Assembly (NCBI GenBank): GCA_965285935.1
Contig: OZ260661.1
Span: 46,438,001 to 46,502,000, forward strand
Source: Ophelia neglecta
Taxonomy: Eukaryota
Reading direction: 5' to 3'
Length of the DNA stretch: 64,000 bases
Of this stretch, positions 39,501 through 52,480 are shown in pieces. Every line of letters starts with the position of its first letter. Positions within the stretch are counted from its first letter, which is position 1. Under the pieces are notes generated by a model, which did not search any database, was not told the origin of the DNA, and was given only the letters and a program-made list of their open reading frames with translations. The position numbers and the translations under genes are program-made.

Positions 39501-42192
39501 AGCACGATTCATAAGTAGGATACACCTCACATCACAAACTTGACTGTTATCTTGTTTACCATGTACGATTGGAGACACAATAAATCTGATTGATCCCCTG
39601 GACCAAGTAGGCCATGCATATCAAAAACCTATAAATTTAATAATAATTTTAAGGGATAGAGACATTTTAATTGAGAGTTCCATATAAGGAAGTTTGCCAA
39701 CCAAATGATAGATAATTAATCATGGATTTAAAAACTGCCGGCCACCAGCCTATTTATATAATTGGTCAATTTGTCAATCAAACAGATTATTTGCCAAAGA
39801 ACCAATATCCAACAAATTTTTTTTCAGTTATTCTTTCAGAAAAATACTTCAAGGTTATATATTGCTAGACATTATGCACAACCCAGTTCTGGTTCTCACA
39901 TTAACGTCACTGCCTGGGCAAATTTTTTTCATGGCTGGATGATCCTCAAGGCTAAATTTACTAACCCTAACCCAAACCCAGGAATTCTCTGGTCTTGAAA
40001 TACTAGTATTTTAGGTGTGCTGGTATAGAAATCCTAGTACATCAGGGTTCCGGTCTGGGAATCCTGGGTTATAACGTCCCCTGTTTTGAGTTGGGGGGGG
40101 GGGGTGGCGGGGGGGGGGGGGAAGGAATCTTTCAGCAAGGGGACCTTGTAATCTGAAATACCGATACAGAAGCAGGGGCATTTATATTGCTTTTAGTTAG
40201 GTCAAATTAACCAAAATTATATAGTAGCCAAAGATGATTAATATTATAGGGTTATTCCTACATGTATTACCAAAGTTTATATATGTTATTTACTTCATAT
40301 GCATGTACATGTACAGTCAAGAGTTATATAAGATTTAATAAATTAAGTTTCTACTAAAGCTAGTCTGGGACATGGCATAATGTAAGAAATACTAACAGGT
40401 TTTACAAAATATACATTTGGTGCATCAAAATTAATAGCTACATATCCTTTTGACAGAGCTTCTCTACTGATACCGATGGCCCCAGGGGAGAGGCTGTTAT
40501 TTCATCATTGCCCCTATTGGCATCACCTGGCATCAAGAGTAAAACCTGGTTCCTCCTTCAGAGTCTGTAGGAGTCCGTGGAGTAGTATTCTACCTCATCC
40601 ATGTCCAGACAGCTACATGCCCTTGCCAGGCCCATTCCAGGTTCCTCCTCCAGCCTCCCTCCTGTCAATGGTTAGGAGAGACCACTCACAAGGCCAAAGT
40701 TTTAACGTTGGCCATGGAGACATAAAAACTTTCCTCCTGCATATCGATCCATCGACCATCTACTTCCTTTCCTGCTTTGGGCTGTGACTCAATTCAGAGA
40801 AAGCAGATTTGGTGGCGCAATGGCTAATGCGTAGCCTCTCGCAGCAACAACCAAAAGCAAACAATTGTCTTTCTCATAAGTAGAAGTTTTTAAACCATCG
40901 ATTCAAAGGCTGTAAACATTTTTACCCTACCACTTCCCTGTACCATTGATCTACCATGCAATATTGTTAGCAGACCTACTTTTTATACCGATTGCCAACT
41001 GTCAAATGTGATGGGCTGGCCAAGGCTGCCAGAAACCTTCCTACCAGTAATGTCAATACATTGTGTTTGTGTCCACAGCAATGAACATCTCTGTTTTGAC
41101 AGAAGGACTTGCACAGTGGCAGGAAGCTATAGCCAAACTATTTGTTCAGACATGAAGTATGGGTAATAAGGCAATAAAAAGTACTTCCTGCATAGATCAG
41201 GATGTCGGGCTGGCTTTGAGAACCATACTGATATAGTTGTATTGCAAGCAAATTTTGTAACAAACTTGACCTGATTGACCAAATATATTACATAGTGGGA
41301 CAAAGGCGTTTAAAAACGCAAGCCCCCCACCAATTAAAAGGGATAGTAAACATGTCTGTCATGAAGTCCACGCATAACAAAGTTAATATATTCATGAAAT
41401 TCTTTTTTACTGAGGCATCCCATCTCAACGAAACACTTGAACTGAAAAGAAAAATAATCAACCTGCTTTCTTTACCCATCAGATTTTAATATATGACATA
41501 TTTCGTTTTCTACCAAAAGTTAATCAGTTCATGCTAATGATTCTTCCTTGTAAATGCAACCCAATGGCCCAAATACTTTTTTGCACAATCTTGTTAAGAA
41601 ACTTAGGCCACCATATTGTATTAACAGAAGAAGTAAGGGCACTAATGTGCAAAGAATTGAGCCCAATACATATCCCTTAATCCTTTACACATGAACTAAT
41701 CAAGTAACGTTTTAGATAAACTTAAATGGTAAAGCATAGTGATACTTCAAAGGACTTGGACTCCTTGGTTCTATGGAGAAATTGACAATTTCTTAGCAGA
41801 ATAATATCACAATATTGTGAAATGATATCAAAGAGATATGCTATCTGCCCTGACAATAGCCTGGCACATAAGTCAGCCTAAAAAAGTTAATAGACATATA
41901 GAGACTGGCCGGGCAGCATTGCCACTCTCAACCTTTGTTGCCATTACATACATTTTGTATGAGTACATAGCACTTATGATTATTCCACTCTCCAGTGGAT
42001 CAATTCGCTTGATAGCCAGGGTAGATTCAGGCTGCTACCCGTGACCAGTTCTTTTGTAGCACAATTGAAAGAAGAAAATATTTAAAACTATTTATAACTT
42101 GACCTATTATTTTAATGTATTTCAAGTAAGAACTATTCAGAGGATAAATTTTATAAGTCACGATGAAGCAGTGTTCATGCTAGGCTAACATA

Positions 42193-42321
42193 ACTTGATA
42201 AGCCAACCCCAGGTGAAAGCTACTTCTAGAATAATAATAAATCTTACTTGATATTCCTTATTTGATATTTCCATACTTGATTAGCCAAACCCAGGTCAAA
42301 GCCAGCTCTAGATTGATAATA
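42193..42321. repeat. Diverged local duplication (~46 bp, 82-bp period)
   Basis: acttgataagccaaccccaggtgaaagctacttctagaataataat versus acttgattagccaaacccaggtcaaagccagctctagattgataat. Confidence 0.7.
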
Positions 42322-42536
42322 TTTCTCAAGCTTGTAGCAATTCATGCAGAACTTAGTGCAAGTTAAAGCATTTGTAATACTGATACTGGATATCTTTTAT
42401 TTAAGTGGGTATTAAAACCCCAAAAGGGGCAGGAGGTAACCAACTCGGCATCCAACCCCATCCCATTCCATTATTCTTCCCGCAATGACAAGAGATTTTC
42501 TAAGTGATAAATAATTCATTCTGTAACTTCTGGGTT

Positions 42537-42863
42537 GGTTGGTTTTTTGAAGTTTTACGTGGCTTTCAACACTTATCGGTCATATCGCCACGGAGCCTAC
42601 TTGTGACAGTGGGCTCAATGCCCTCTTCATAGTGCTGCTTTACTGGAGTGCCTTCTGTAGACACCAGACAGGGAACCCCACCCAGTCACATTATACTGAC
42701 ACCAGGTTGACCAGTCCTGATCCTACCCCGACAAACCTGGCGCCTGGCAGGGGAGCTATCAGTACCTATTTTTACTTCTTAGGTTTGACGAGATCGAGAT
42801 TTGAACCCCGATCTACCAGTTGCAAGGTGGAAGCCCTATCAACTCGGCCACACTTTGGTGGTG
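42537..42863 (-). mobile_element. Full-length tRNA-derived SINE (MetaSINE-like)
   Basis: On the minus strand the head is GTGGCCGAGTTGATAGGGC...GGGGTTCAAATCTCGA (Pol III A and B boxes) and the tail is (AACC)n. The central segment cccagtcacattatactgacaccaggttgaccagtcc resembles, from memory, the Meta domain of mollusc SINEs. It is flanked by a 15-bp TSD with one mismatch: TGTAACTTCTGGGTT (42522-42536) and TGTAACTACTGGGTT (42864-42878). Confidence 0.85.
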
Positions 42864-44504
42864 TGTAACTACTGGGTTCTGTTGTGTACATGGTTCGGCT
42901 TTTTCTTTAAACATTAAAACTGTTACTGAGTTGAAAGTTTGAAGCCAAGCAACCAAGAATTATCCACTGGAAAGATGTGATAAAAATGGTGACCTGGGCT
43001 ATGACCTAGTCTTCCAGACTATTGTTGATTCATGATTGCTTTTGTCTGACAGGTATCCACTCCTTCTTTTTAGAATAATTACTGCACAAAATTTATTTGC
43101 CACTAACTGTAACTTCTATGCTTTAACTGATAGGCATTTAAAAAGGAATTGTCAGTGTATAAGAAACCATACACTGGGTGCCTAGTCTTGTCGCCTCATT
43201 GGACCTTGACTTATTTTTTCTGGGTCAAAACAGACAAAAAAAAAATATAAGAAGTGGGGAATTTCTTCACATTTTAAACATTAATGCATTATTGGTTGCT
43301 TTAGCTTACTTTGCATACAATGTATACTCCCATAACTTGAAGTTTTTGTGCCAAGATGAAAAATATGTCGACATACCCAAAAACCCACTAATCGGTAAGG
43401 GGGGAAATGGGAATGGGGGTTGCTTTTTTGTGGTTTTTACAAATGGGTGCATCTGTTTTTGCCATGTCCATTTTCCTTACAATTGAACTTCTTTATTGTA
43501 TGAACTTTCAAATCTGCATATTACTGTACCATTCTAGTTTTTCCCTCATTATGGGAATTGGCAGTGAGGTGAAAAGTTTTGGCTTCCAGCCAGCTTGGCA
43601 GTAAAGAGCTATAACTGGTCAGATATAGACTGATGGTAAAAAAGACCCCAGCATGGGTCAAATTTAAAGCTTACCAAACCAATTCATATGAGATGGAATG
43701 GGTTGGCACAGGCTTATGTGGCTGGTTTCTGTTTGTTGGTTCTGTGTTGCTAGGCTGCTTTAACATGAGAATACAACAACCATCCACCAACACTGGTCAA
43801 ACCCCAGGCAGTCTGATGGCTGATTCCAATCAATAGCATTAAATGACCTTTTGTGAGAGCAGTAAAAAACTAATGTTCGTGCCCAGACAAGGCCATTCAG
43901 TCATTTTTCCCCTGCAAGTCCTCTCAGATCTCCAACAGGCAGGAAATGAAATCCACTCCACACAACATTGTGTGATCCAAAGGATAAAAACTGCCCATGT
44001 CCTTGATTAGGCCTAGTCAAGCAGTCGATAGCAGGGCATTGAGGATAACCCTCTTACCATGATGGACAAAAAAATATTAATTTGATAAGACTGCCTGGGC
44101 ATTGACCTAAAAGATAAACTTTAAAAATGCCACTGTGAATGACAACAAAAATTGTGATTATTAAAGAAAAGATGAAGCACAAATCATGCAGTTAGAAAAT
44201 CATAGCCGACTGAAGTATTTAACTTAGGGTTAACTTTCAGTCTACATCTGGTGATCCTTTAGATATATTATAACTTAAGTAGAAAGCTTCGTAAATGCCC
44301 AACCTAGTATGCTTAGCCTAGGCACAATGGTAGAAAATGAGACCAGTCATATAAAACTACCTATCATCGATCTCTCTATTTGTTAACATTCACAGTATAC
44401 AATAAGGTATCCCAGAATACTCTGAATCCTAACAAAGTATGGACAATGGTACCACTTTAAATATCTGTTCTTTTCATTGGAAACTGAGGGGCCACCATCA
44501 TAAA

Positions 44505-44730
44505 ATCTTTGCAGCACAAATTCAAGACATGTAAGTCAGACAACAAGCAAGAGGAAATGGAAACTCACATGGCACATAAAGGTCAAGCAGGGAAGGTTGC
44601 TTCTTGTGGAACAAGATGGCCAGGACAACATGGCGTGCCCTTTGGGTAACAAACAACCAAGACATTGTAAAATACATGGTAAAATAACCAAGACAGGGCA
44701 GGAAAAGGCAACATTCAAGGCAGGAAATGA
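44505..44730. repeat. Second short block of the same degenerate ~37-bp repeat
   Basis: cttgtggaacaagatggccaggacaac at about 44603 and neighbouring units match the core of the 46000-47075 array. Confidence 0.6.
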
Positions 44731-45999
44731 AAATCCTTACTGGTCTAAATGGTCAACCCCTTGTACAGGGGGATAGTGGCTTTTTTCTTCTGATGTGATC
44801 CACCACGCGGTAATCCAGGATGCAGGCGAGGCATACCGTGAAGTATAAATTAATTATTTTGAGCCAGTTACACTGGAATATGACAATTATTTATTTATTT
44901 TCATGATAGCCAGGATACGTAATAAAAATTACCTTCCTGACCTGTTTTCCAATACATGTATTGACAAGAAACATGTCGTGTATTGTAGATTGTCTTGGTA
45001 ATTAAATCATAGGCCTGTTTCATGGTAATATTGGCTACTTTAGACATAAAAAACCTTTAAAAAGGCCTAACAGGGCCGCGCATCAGTTCGCATTATGGGG
45101 ACGTATGTATCGTCTTCCGAGTGTCAATGCTTATTGATAGGCAAAATGATACATCATGGTGAGTGAGGAGAATGGGTTATCACAATTTGTATGACTAAAA
45201 TTTAGTAAATTTACGATGCTAATTTTGATCCGTTTGACTGTTCACCTTGCTATCTACTTCGCAGAGATGGATCACGCCCCCACTGCCGTGCAGCGACAAT
45301 CCTATTTAGGCCCACAGTTTGGAAGACCACCAGTCTTGGCGGCACAGCACTTTTGCATATAGATCTGGTGTCTATTGTGGTACACTGGGCCTGAAATTCC
45401 ACGGCATCTGGTCTGGGCAGATCAGCGAGCCTGAGATGTTTAACAAGTATATTCATGGGTATCATTATTAAGTACTGATATCATTTCACTGGCCACTGTA
45501 TAGTTTAGAGTAAACTGTATGCAACCCTAAAAATTATGGCTTTTATAGTAGTAATATAAAATACCCACACTTCCAAGACTTAATTTGCCACAAAGAAAAC
45601 TTAAGCGCACTTATGAGAAACATCAAGGTCTATTCATATAATTATGACCACACTCTAGATCAGCAAATAAGGTAGTAAAACTAAAGATGTTAGGCAGATA
45701 AACTGCCCATTGAGGCAGCAGTTAGCTCCATCGGTAAAGTGAATCAGAACTCTTTATGGACACTTGTATTTAGTATTAGTTTTGACCGAGTCTGTTCGAC
45801 TGTCATTGCTTAAGATTGGTATCGCAAGTCTTGGTGCAACATGGGGCATATTGGGGTTATCATGATACACACCAGGGCATGCCATGATCAAATCACTGCA
45901 TGGCCTGCAAATCCTGGCAACCTGGGTCTGCTTGGTGGATTATGTACACAATAATAAAGACAGAGATGTGCATGGCTTTTTACACAACTAATGTCAATA

Positions 46000-47075
46000 C
46001 TCTTGCAGGACAAGCATGACAGAGCTGGGCAGGATGCTCCTTGGGGAACAAGATGGTCAAGACAGAAAAGGCACTCTGTGAAACAATGTTGTAAAACAGG
46101 GAATACTGCCTTTTCTTGCATGGTAGTCAAGACATGGTTGCAAAGAACTTGTGGAACAAGATGTTCCAAGCAGGGTATTGCTTTTACTGTGGTACAAGAA
46201 GAAATGTCTTCTGGAACATGACGGGCAAGGCAGGGAAGGAGCTAGTGTTCCTTGGAGGTAGACAATCCAGAGTGGATAGATATTTTTGGAACAACTTGGC
46301 CAGGTCATGGATGTTTATTACTTGTAATGCATGAAAGTCAAGACAGGAGAAAAACTCATTTTGAAACAAGTATATGAAACAGTTAAAGGGCTGCTAGTGA
46401 AACAAGATAATCAAGTCATAAAGTGTGCCCTTACTGGAGGAGGGAGTCAAGGTGGAGAAACGGCCACTTGTACTACATGATGGCCAAGATGGAAGTGCTC
46501 ATTGTGGAAGAAGTGCAAGACATACTAGGGATCTCCTGCTGGTGCCACAATATTGGCAAGACAGAGGAAGATGCTGCTTGTGGAACTAGTAGGTCAAGGT
46601 AGGATAGGTATTTTCCTTTAGGAAGAAGGGCAAAACCAGTGCTTCCTGTGGAACAAGAAGTCAGGATATGCTGAAATGCTTCCATGGTTTAAAAGCTGAT
46701 CAAGATGGGATGCAAAGCTCCTCATGGAACCAGTAAATCCTTCTTGAAGGTGACAGTGTGCCCAATGTTGTGGGACAAGATGCCCAAGATATGGTAGTGT
46801 GCCCATTTCCAGAACAACAGTCAAGGCATGGTAGGTGACCATTGTTTGGTGAACAAGATAATCAAAACTGAGTACGGGTCTCCTTTAGAAACAAGACAGT
46901 AAAACATGGTTGATATCTCCTTTTGGAGTAAGATTTGTCAGACAGTAGCATGCTCCTCGTGGAATAGGATGGACAGAATACAGAAGGGTGCTTCAAGTAT
47001 TTAATTAAAGTCTAGACAGGGAAGGGAACACCTTCTAGTAAAAATAGTTCAAGATTGGGTAATTTGCCCCTTTGG
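46000..47075. repeat. Highly degenerate ~37-bp tandem array (~28 units)
   Basis: Recurring core resembling CYTTGTGGAACAAGATGGTCAAGACAGG about every 35-40 bp (e.g. 46038, 46148, 46285, 46577, 46645, 46768). Confidence 0.75.
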
Positions 47076-50000
47076 TATCTATCCCTGTGATGCTCATTTA
47101 GTCACATTTCCATTTGTTTCACTGATGCCTTATCATGTGGAACTAAAATGCACACTGAACAAAAAAAGTTCAGTTGGGTTGAGCCACTGCTTTCATAATA
47201 ATGTTGAATTTTGGCTTCTTATCCATCCTAAAATATGGAATCTATCTCATACAGGCAAGTAAATACTGTGTAATCCAATGTGTACATGAACCTAGGTGGT
47301 CAACCCTGGTTTTAATATATGATTTACTTGTCGAATTGCTCAAAGAACGTTCAGCAATACAACAGTGAAAGTTTGTTGAAGGCATTGAACAAAAAACTCC
47401 AAATAACAAAAGTCTAGCTTGACTGAGTGGCCCAATGAACACATGCTTTCAATCCACTTCCTGCATTTAACATTAATGATTAATTCCTGGAAGATTTTAG
47501 CAGAATAAGAAAAAGTTAGGACCATGTGAGGCTACGTAATGATTTTACAACTGAGAAATTTCATAGATTAGGCAAGCTTGATAACAGGCAATAGACAAGA
47601 AGTACACACCTAATTAAGACAAGAATATCTTAAGACCATAACCAGGAGTGTTAGAAAGAAACCAAATGTAGGGCATCAGTAAAAACAGAAACAAAAACGC
47701 TCCAAGACATCCAAGGACTGCCAGAACACATGCCCATATCACGACCCCAGGATCTAACTGCGTGACCCTCAGGCGCTCATATCATGGCCCACAGGCATGT
47801 ACTGGACACTGGAAAATAATTGTCAGTCAAGTATTCAGGGGAATGCTGTCTCACAACACAGGCATCTTTTGCCAGGACTACCTGCCTTGATCTGCATCTA
47901 AAAGTCAACTTGGGTATGGTCTTTAACAGGGAGAATTCTGTGATGTTCAATCTGGTTGTTAAACCATGCTGGTTTCACCAGGCAACTTTTCCTTAGGGAT
48001 GAGGCAATATTTTCTTGAAATTGTCAATTGAAAATACAGAATATAGAACCATCCAGTCCCCAATGGAATGATTAAGGTTTTCACCCAATACAAATCTCCT
48101 TGCCCTGGCCGGTTGGAGTCCATGACCTTTGTCTGAGTCCGTGACCTTTGGAGCTATACACAAACTGAGGTTGTAGCGGATCACCTGAGCCAACAGAAAT
48201 CCCTGTATAACAAGCTTTATAATATCAATGAGACATTTAAAGTGAATCACTTGCAGGTGTTAAAAAAAATTGTGTGGCCTTCAAAAAAGAAAGGCAAGGT
48301 TTTTTGATACAGACTGTATACATGTACCTGATGTAATTGGGCTCATTCAACTTCATTCATTTTGATATAGAGTGAAATTAGGGTTATGAAATGGCAAAAA
48401 TATATAATAAGGTTTACAGTAACAGACATGCAGGTCACCTTATTGGTTCAATTTTGTTAGCTGAGCTAATTGAGTTGCACCAATATCAAATTATAATTGG
48501 GACACACATGTCACAAACTGCCCAAGCAGGCATGCATAGGTATATTAAAAAAACAACATTTAATACCTCTGATTGCATAGAGTGGACATCTTGGCAAGTC
48601 TGATGCTTTGTACTAAAAATAAAGATACTAAGATTGAATGGAATTGTTGGAATACATAAAACAGATATTGCAGCGAAAACAAATATTTAGTGTGAAAAGT
48701 GTCCTTCTGTCACACCAACAACAAACATATAAACTGTGTACATTTACCTATAACATAATAGAATATAAAAGAATCACTAGAGTGGCAATTGACACGTCAG
48801 ATTCTGTAAATTTTATGTCAAAAGAAAGGTAGTGAAGTTTATCCTACCAAGTTTCCTTCAAATGATGGTGAATTGTAAATAAATAAAGTTAAGGCACTGT
48901 ATTAAATAGTGTGTCTGTCTTAGAGCCAAGATAGCTTCTTTTGGGCTTAAGTAAATTGACGAGATTTTAACTGAGAAGCAGACTAAACTTGAAGGTACAT
49001 GTACTGTCTAAGTTAGGTCCAAGGCCATCCACTGTATACAACACAAATTGTGAGGCCACATACTAGTGAACCACTGCTTGTTGGTGGCAGATCTAACTTG
49101 GAGGGTCTCCTACACTGGTGTGGGCTTCTCCTCCGAGGGCTCTATTGAGCTGGGCCAATGTCTCCGAGCTTGGCTCAAATTGGTGGAAGATAATGTCTAT
49201 GTTAGAAGATAATAAATGTACCTTCCTGACTTTTCATCATCAAAGTTATATTGCTTGATATACTACAGATAGTTATGCCTTTGGAGTCATGCAATCAAGG
49301 GGGCATAATTACTAAATTGAAGTCTTTAAAATGCTCTGGCCTGCCAGTGAGATAAAGGCATCATATCCTTTATATCTGACACAAAGCAGCATGATATATG
49401 TTTTCGTCTTCAAATAAATAAAAGCCCACTAATGTGCTCATGAAATATAGACCTAGCACAAAGATAATTTTCACAGTTTTGCTAGAAAGCAGACACTGAC
49501 AATTCATCATCTGATGTTCTGCCCATTTACTTTATTAACAAGCACAATGTTTCCTTTTAAGAGCATAACTTCACACCCTACTGGATATAGCCATACTATG
49601 TATCTCTTTGGCCAGTCTATTGGAGTGCTCTCACACATGATTCTGACCATGATTCTCTGGTAGCTCTGACTGCTCTATGCTGCTGAGCGGGAGAGCCATA
49701 GTCCCTGTTCCATTTGTAATCAACTCATGTGCCCCAGCCCTCCATGACTGGCCAAACTCAAGGCTAGCCAGGGTCAGCAGACAGAAATGTAGGCTAGAGA
49801 AAAAAAAACTGCCCAGCCACCATATAGAGTAATCAATACTGCATGTAACATGTGGTCAGGTCTCCCTGAAACTTCAGCAGTAAAATTACCATATGAAACA
49901 CTCAATAGGGAAAAAAGCTAGTAGCAAATACAAAAACAGCCTTTAACATTTTAAATGGATTGCCTTTTTTAACTGATGCAGTGTATGCTATACATTATGG

Positions 50001-52188
50001 ATAGTTTGCTATTATATGTATGTATATATGTAAAATAAATCCTTTCTTTATTACCCAGTATAACATATTGTGAAAAAAGAGTGCCTGATATGTCCTGCCA
50101 TGAAAACAGTGTCTCATACTTTATATAAACAGTTCCACTTGATATGCTATTTAAATAGAGGATATTTAATGGTAAATCTAATTTTCACATTGCCCCTGAT
50201 GCATCAGAATTGTTTGTAATAATGTTGGGCACTTTTGATTTCATTGCAATGATGCCTAAAATTAGCTTTTGAACCTTTAATTTCTAATGACAGTTTCTTA
50301 TTATTAATTTTTCAGTGATTATGATATTGTGAATTCAGCCCATTTTTAAACATGCCAAGTTTATTTGGCATGTTTGTATTTAGCATTAATCCTACTAGAT
50401 AGTTGTGTTTTATTGATCAGAGGTCAGTAATGTGTCCTTTTGCCTGTCATGGACTAGTGCCAGTCTCCACAGATAACTGCTGTCATTAACCACTACAACT
50501 GACACATTTCTACACCCCAGGTTTGACTCTAACATACAAGACATGCAGGACTGGTCAGGTCATCATGTACCTGTAGTCATCAGAGAACACGCTGCTGGCC
50601 TTCACAGGGTCTTCCAAGCTCTTGTCGTGCAGAGATAAAAGACAGCCAAGAGTTGACAGGGGAGAAGAAGACAGACTGCCCCCTGCCTAACAATGGTGTT
50701 TGAAGTAATTGTCACATAATCCAGCCAGGCTTCCAGTATCACCTCTCACCTGGACAAGGTGTGAAGCATGCAGTCGTATAACAGTATACCTATCTCACTA
50801 AACATCCTTTTAAACCATTGCTATCTCTGATATCTCATCTATTAATTCTGTTCAACCAAATAAATTGTTGTTTATCTATTAAAAACTGGGCATGACCTTC
50901 TGAAATTGAATAGCTGAATTGTCCTCTTTGGTAAAACAGCCTTATTGAAAATATATTCAAGTTTATTAACTTCAAAATATATTATAAATTACCTGTTAAG
51001 CATTTTCTTTACCCCTTTATTGAGTGTAATTGGACAACAGTGATCACGTTGTCTGAACAAATAAGCCTACTTTATACATCAAAAGGTGATAATGCTGTGT
51101 AAAACCTTCATGAATCATATTTCAGACGACCAAATTCGTGTATTTCTCTTTTTTCAGCTTTTCAAAAGTGTCCATGATATGTTTCATCACATAACACCAC
51201 ACAGATAACTAATACCAATAAGACAAGACCTATAAGAGAACATGACAGGGAGATGACAGGGTCTGGCTGAATGTGAAATACAGGAGATTTACCCTGTTAG
51301 GTACCTTATTACAAATATTATAATCATACTTGGAAACTGTAACAATGAGCAGGCAGTAGCCATGGGCTATGGAGACACAGTCTGCTGCTACCATTGTCTA
51401 TCTGAGCATGTATAATGCATGACATCTATTATAATATGCAGACTTGGACAGGGCTGCAGTAATGATGTAATAAAATATCACATATCAATATAATCAACCC
51501 ATAGATCCCCAATATGAAATGTAGGGAATATATCATTCTACTTAGGGATTCTGGCTAATGGGTTCATAGCAATGGTTATAAAACTTCTGTTGTTGACAGC
51601 CTGTGCATAGCTAACTATTACTAATCACTGATTCCAGGAAAGCTCTCCTATTAACATTTAAAATCCCATATTCTGTCACAAGTTTGCTAAACCCTGGAAG
51701 AGTAACTGATAACGGCTTGTATCAACTGGATCAGCATAGTTAAGTCACTGATATTTGTTCTGTAACCTTGAGAGATTCAATCCGAAGGCTGAATTATACG
51801 ACAAAGACTTTTGGTGCCAAACCAACAGGTTTCCTAAAGGCTTACACTGAAAAAGATGCAGCTCTGAATCATCATAAGACAAGGAAATTATTAACCATCA
51901 GCAATTTCATGATATGGAATGCTTGTGGGTGAACTGAGCATGAGAAATACTTTTGTTATATTTTCATGGGTCATAATTTTAAAACTGAAAATGTTCATGG
52001 CTGCCACTGACATGCCACTAACAAAGATGGGATGCTCAGAAAACAAGAGAGACTTTAAACAACCATAGCTCATTTAACCCCAAGTTTACTTAATCAGGCA
52101 CTTGGAAATTTGATATATACCATGACTTACAATCTATCTTTTGGAAAGGAGTGGAGAATTTCAGCCAGAACGTTTTCCCAGAGGAAAT

Positions 52189-52480
52189 GGGAACTAGGAA
52201 TGAGCATGTTTGCTCAGATTAACTGAGAAGGAGCATGTGTGATCTGGGAATGAACAGGTTTGCCCAGATTAACTGGGAACTAGGGATGACCATGTTTGCC
52301 AAGATGAACTGGGAATGAGCACGTTTGCCTAGATCGACTGGGAACTGGGAATGAGCAGGTTTGCCTAGATTGACTGGGAACTGGGAATGAGCATGTTTGC
52401 CCAGATTAAAAATGGAAATGGGCATGTTGGCCCAGATTAACTGGGAATGAGCATGTTTCCCAGACAAACTCTGAATGAGC
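52189..52480. repeat. 29/36-bp minisatellite, ~9 units
   Basis: Unit GGGAATGAGCATGTTTGCCCAGATTAACT, sometimes preceded by an extra GGGAACT heptamer. Confidence 0.9.

Noticed and set aside
40811-40843. tRNA-like 5' half (GGTGGCGCAATGGCTAATGCG)
   Set aside because: A-box only, with no T-arm, B-box or acceptor stem; at most a SINE-head remnant.
46000-47075. CRISPR-like repeat/spacer appearance and several short ORFs
   Set aside because: The cores are heavily degenerate, the linkers are only ~10 bp, and frames are interrupted; this fits an old tandem repeat.
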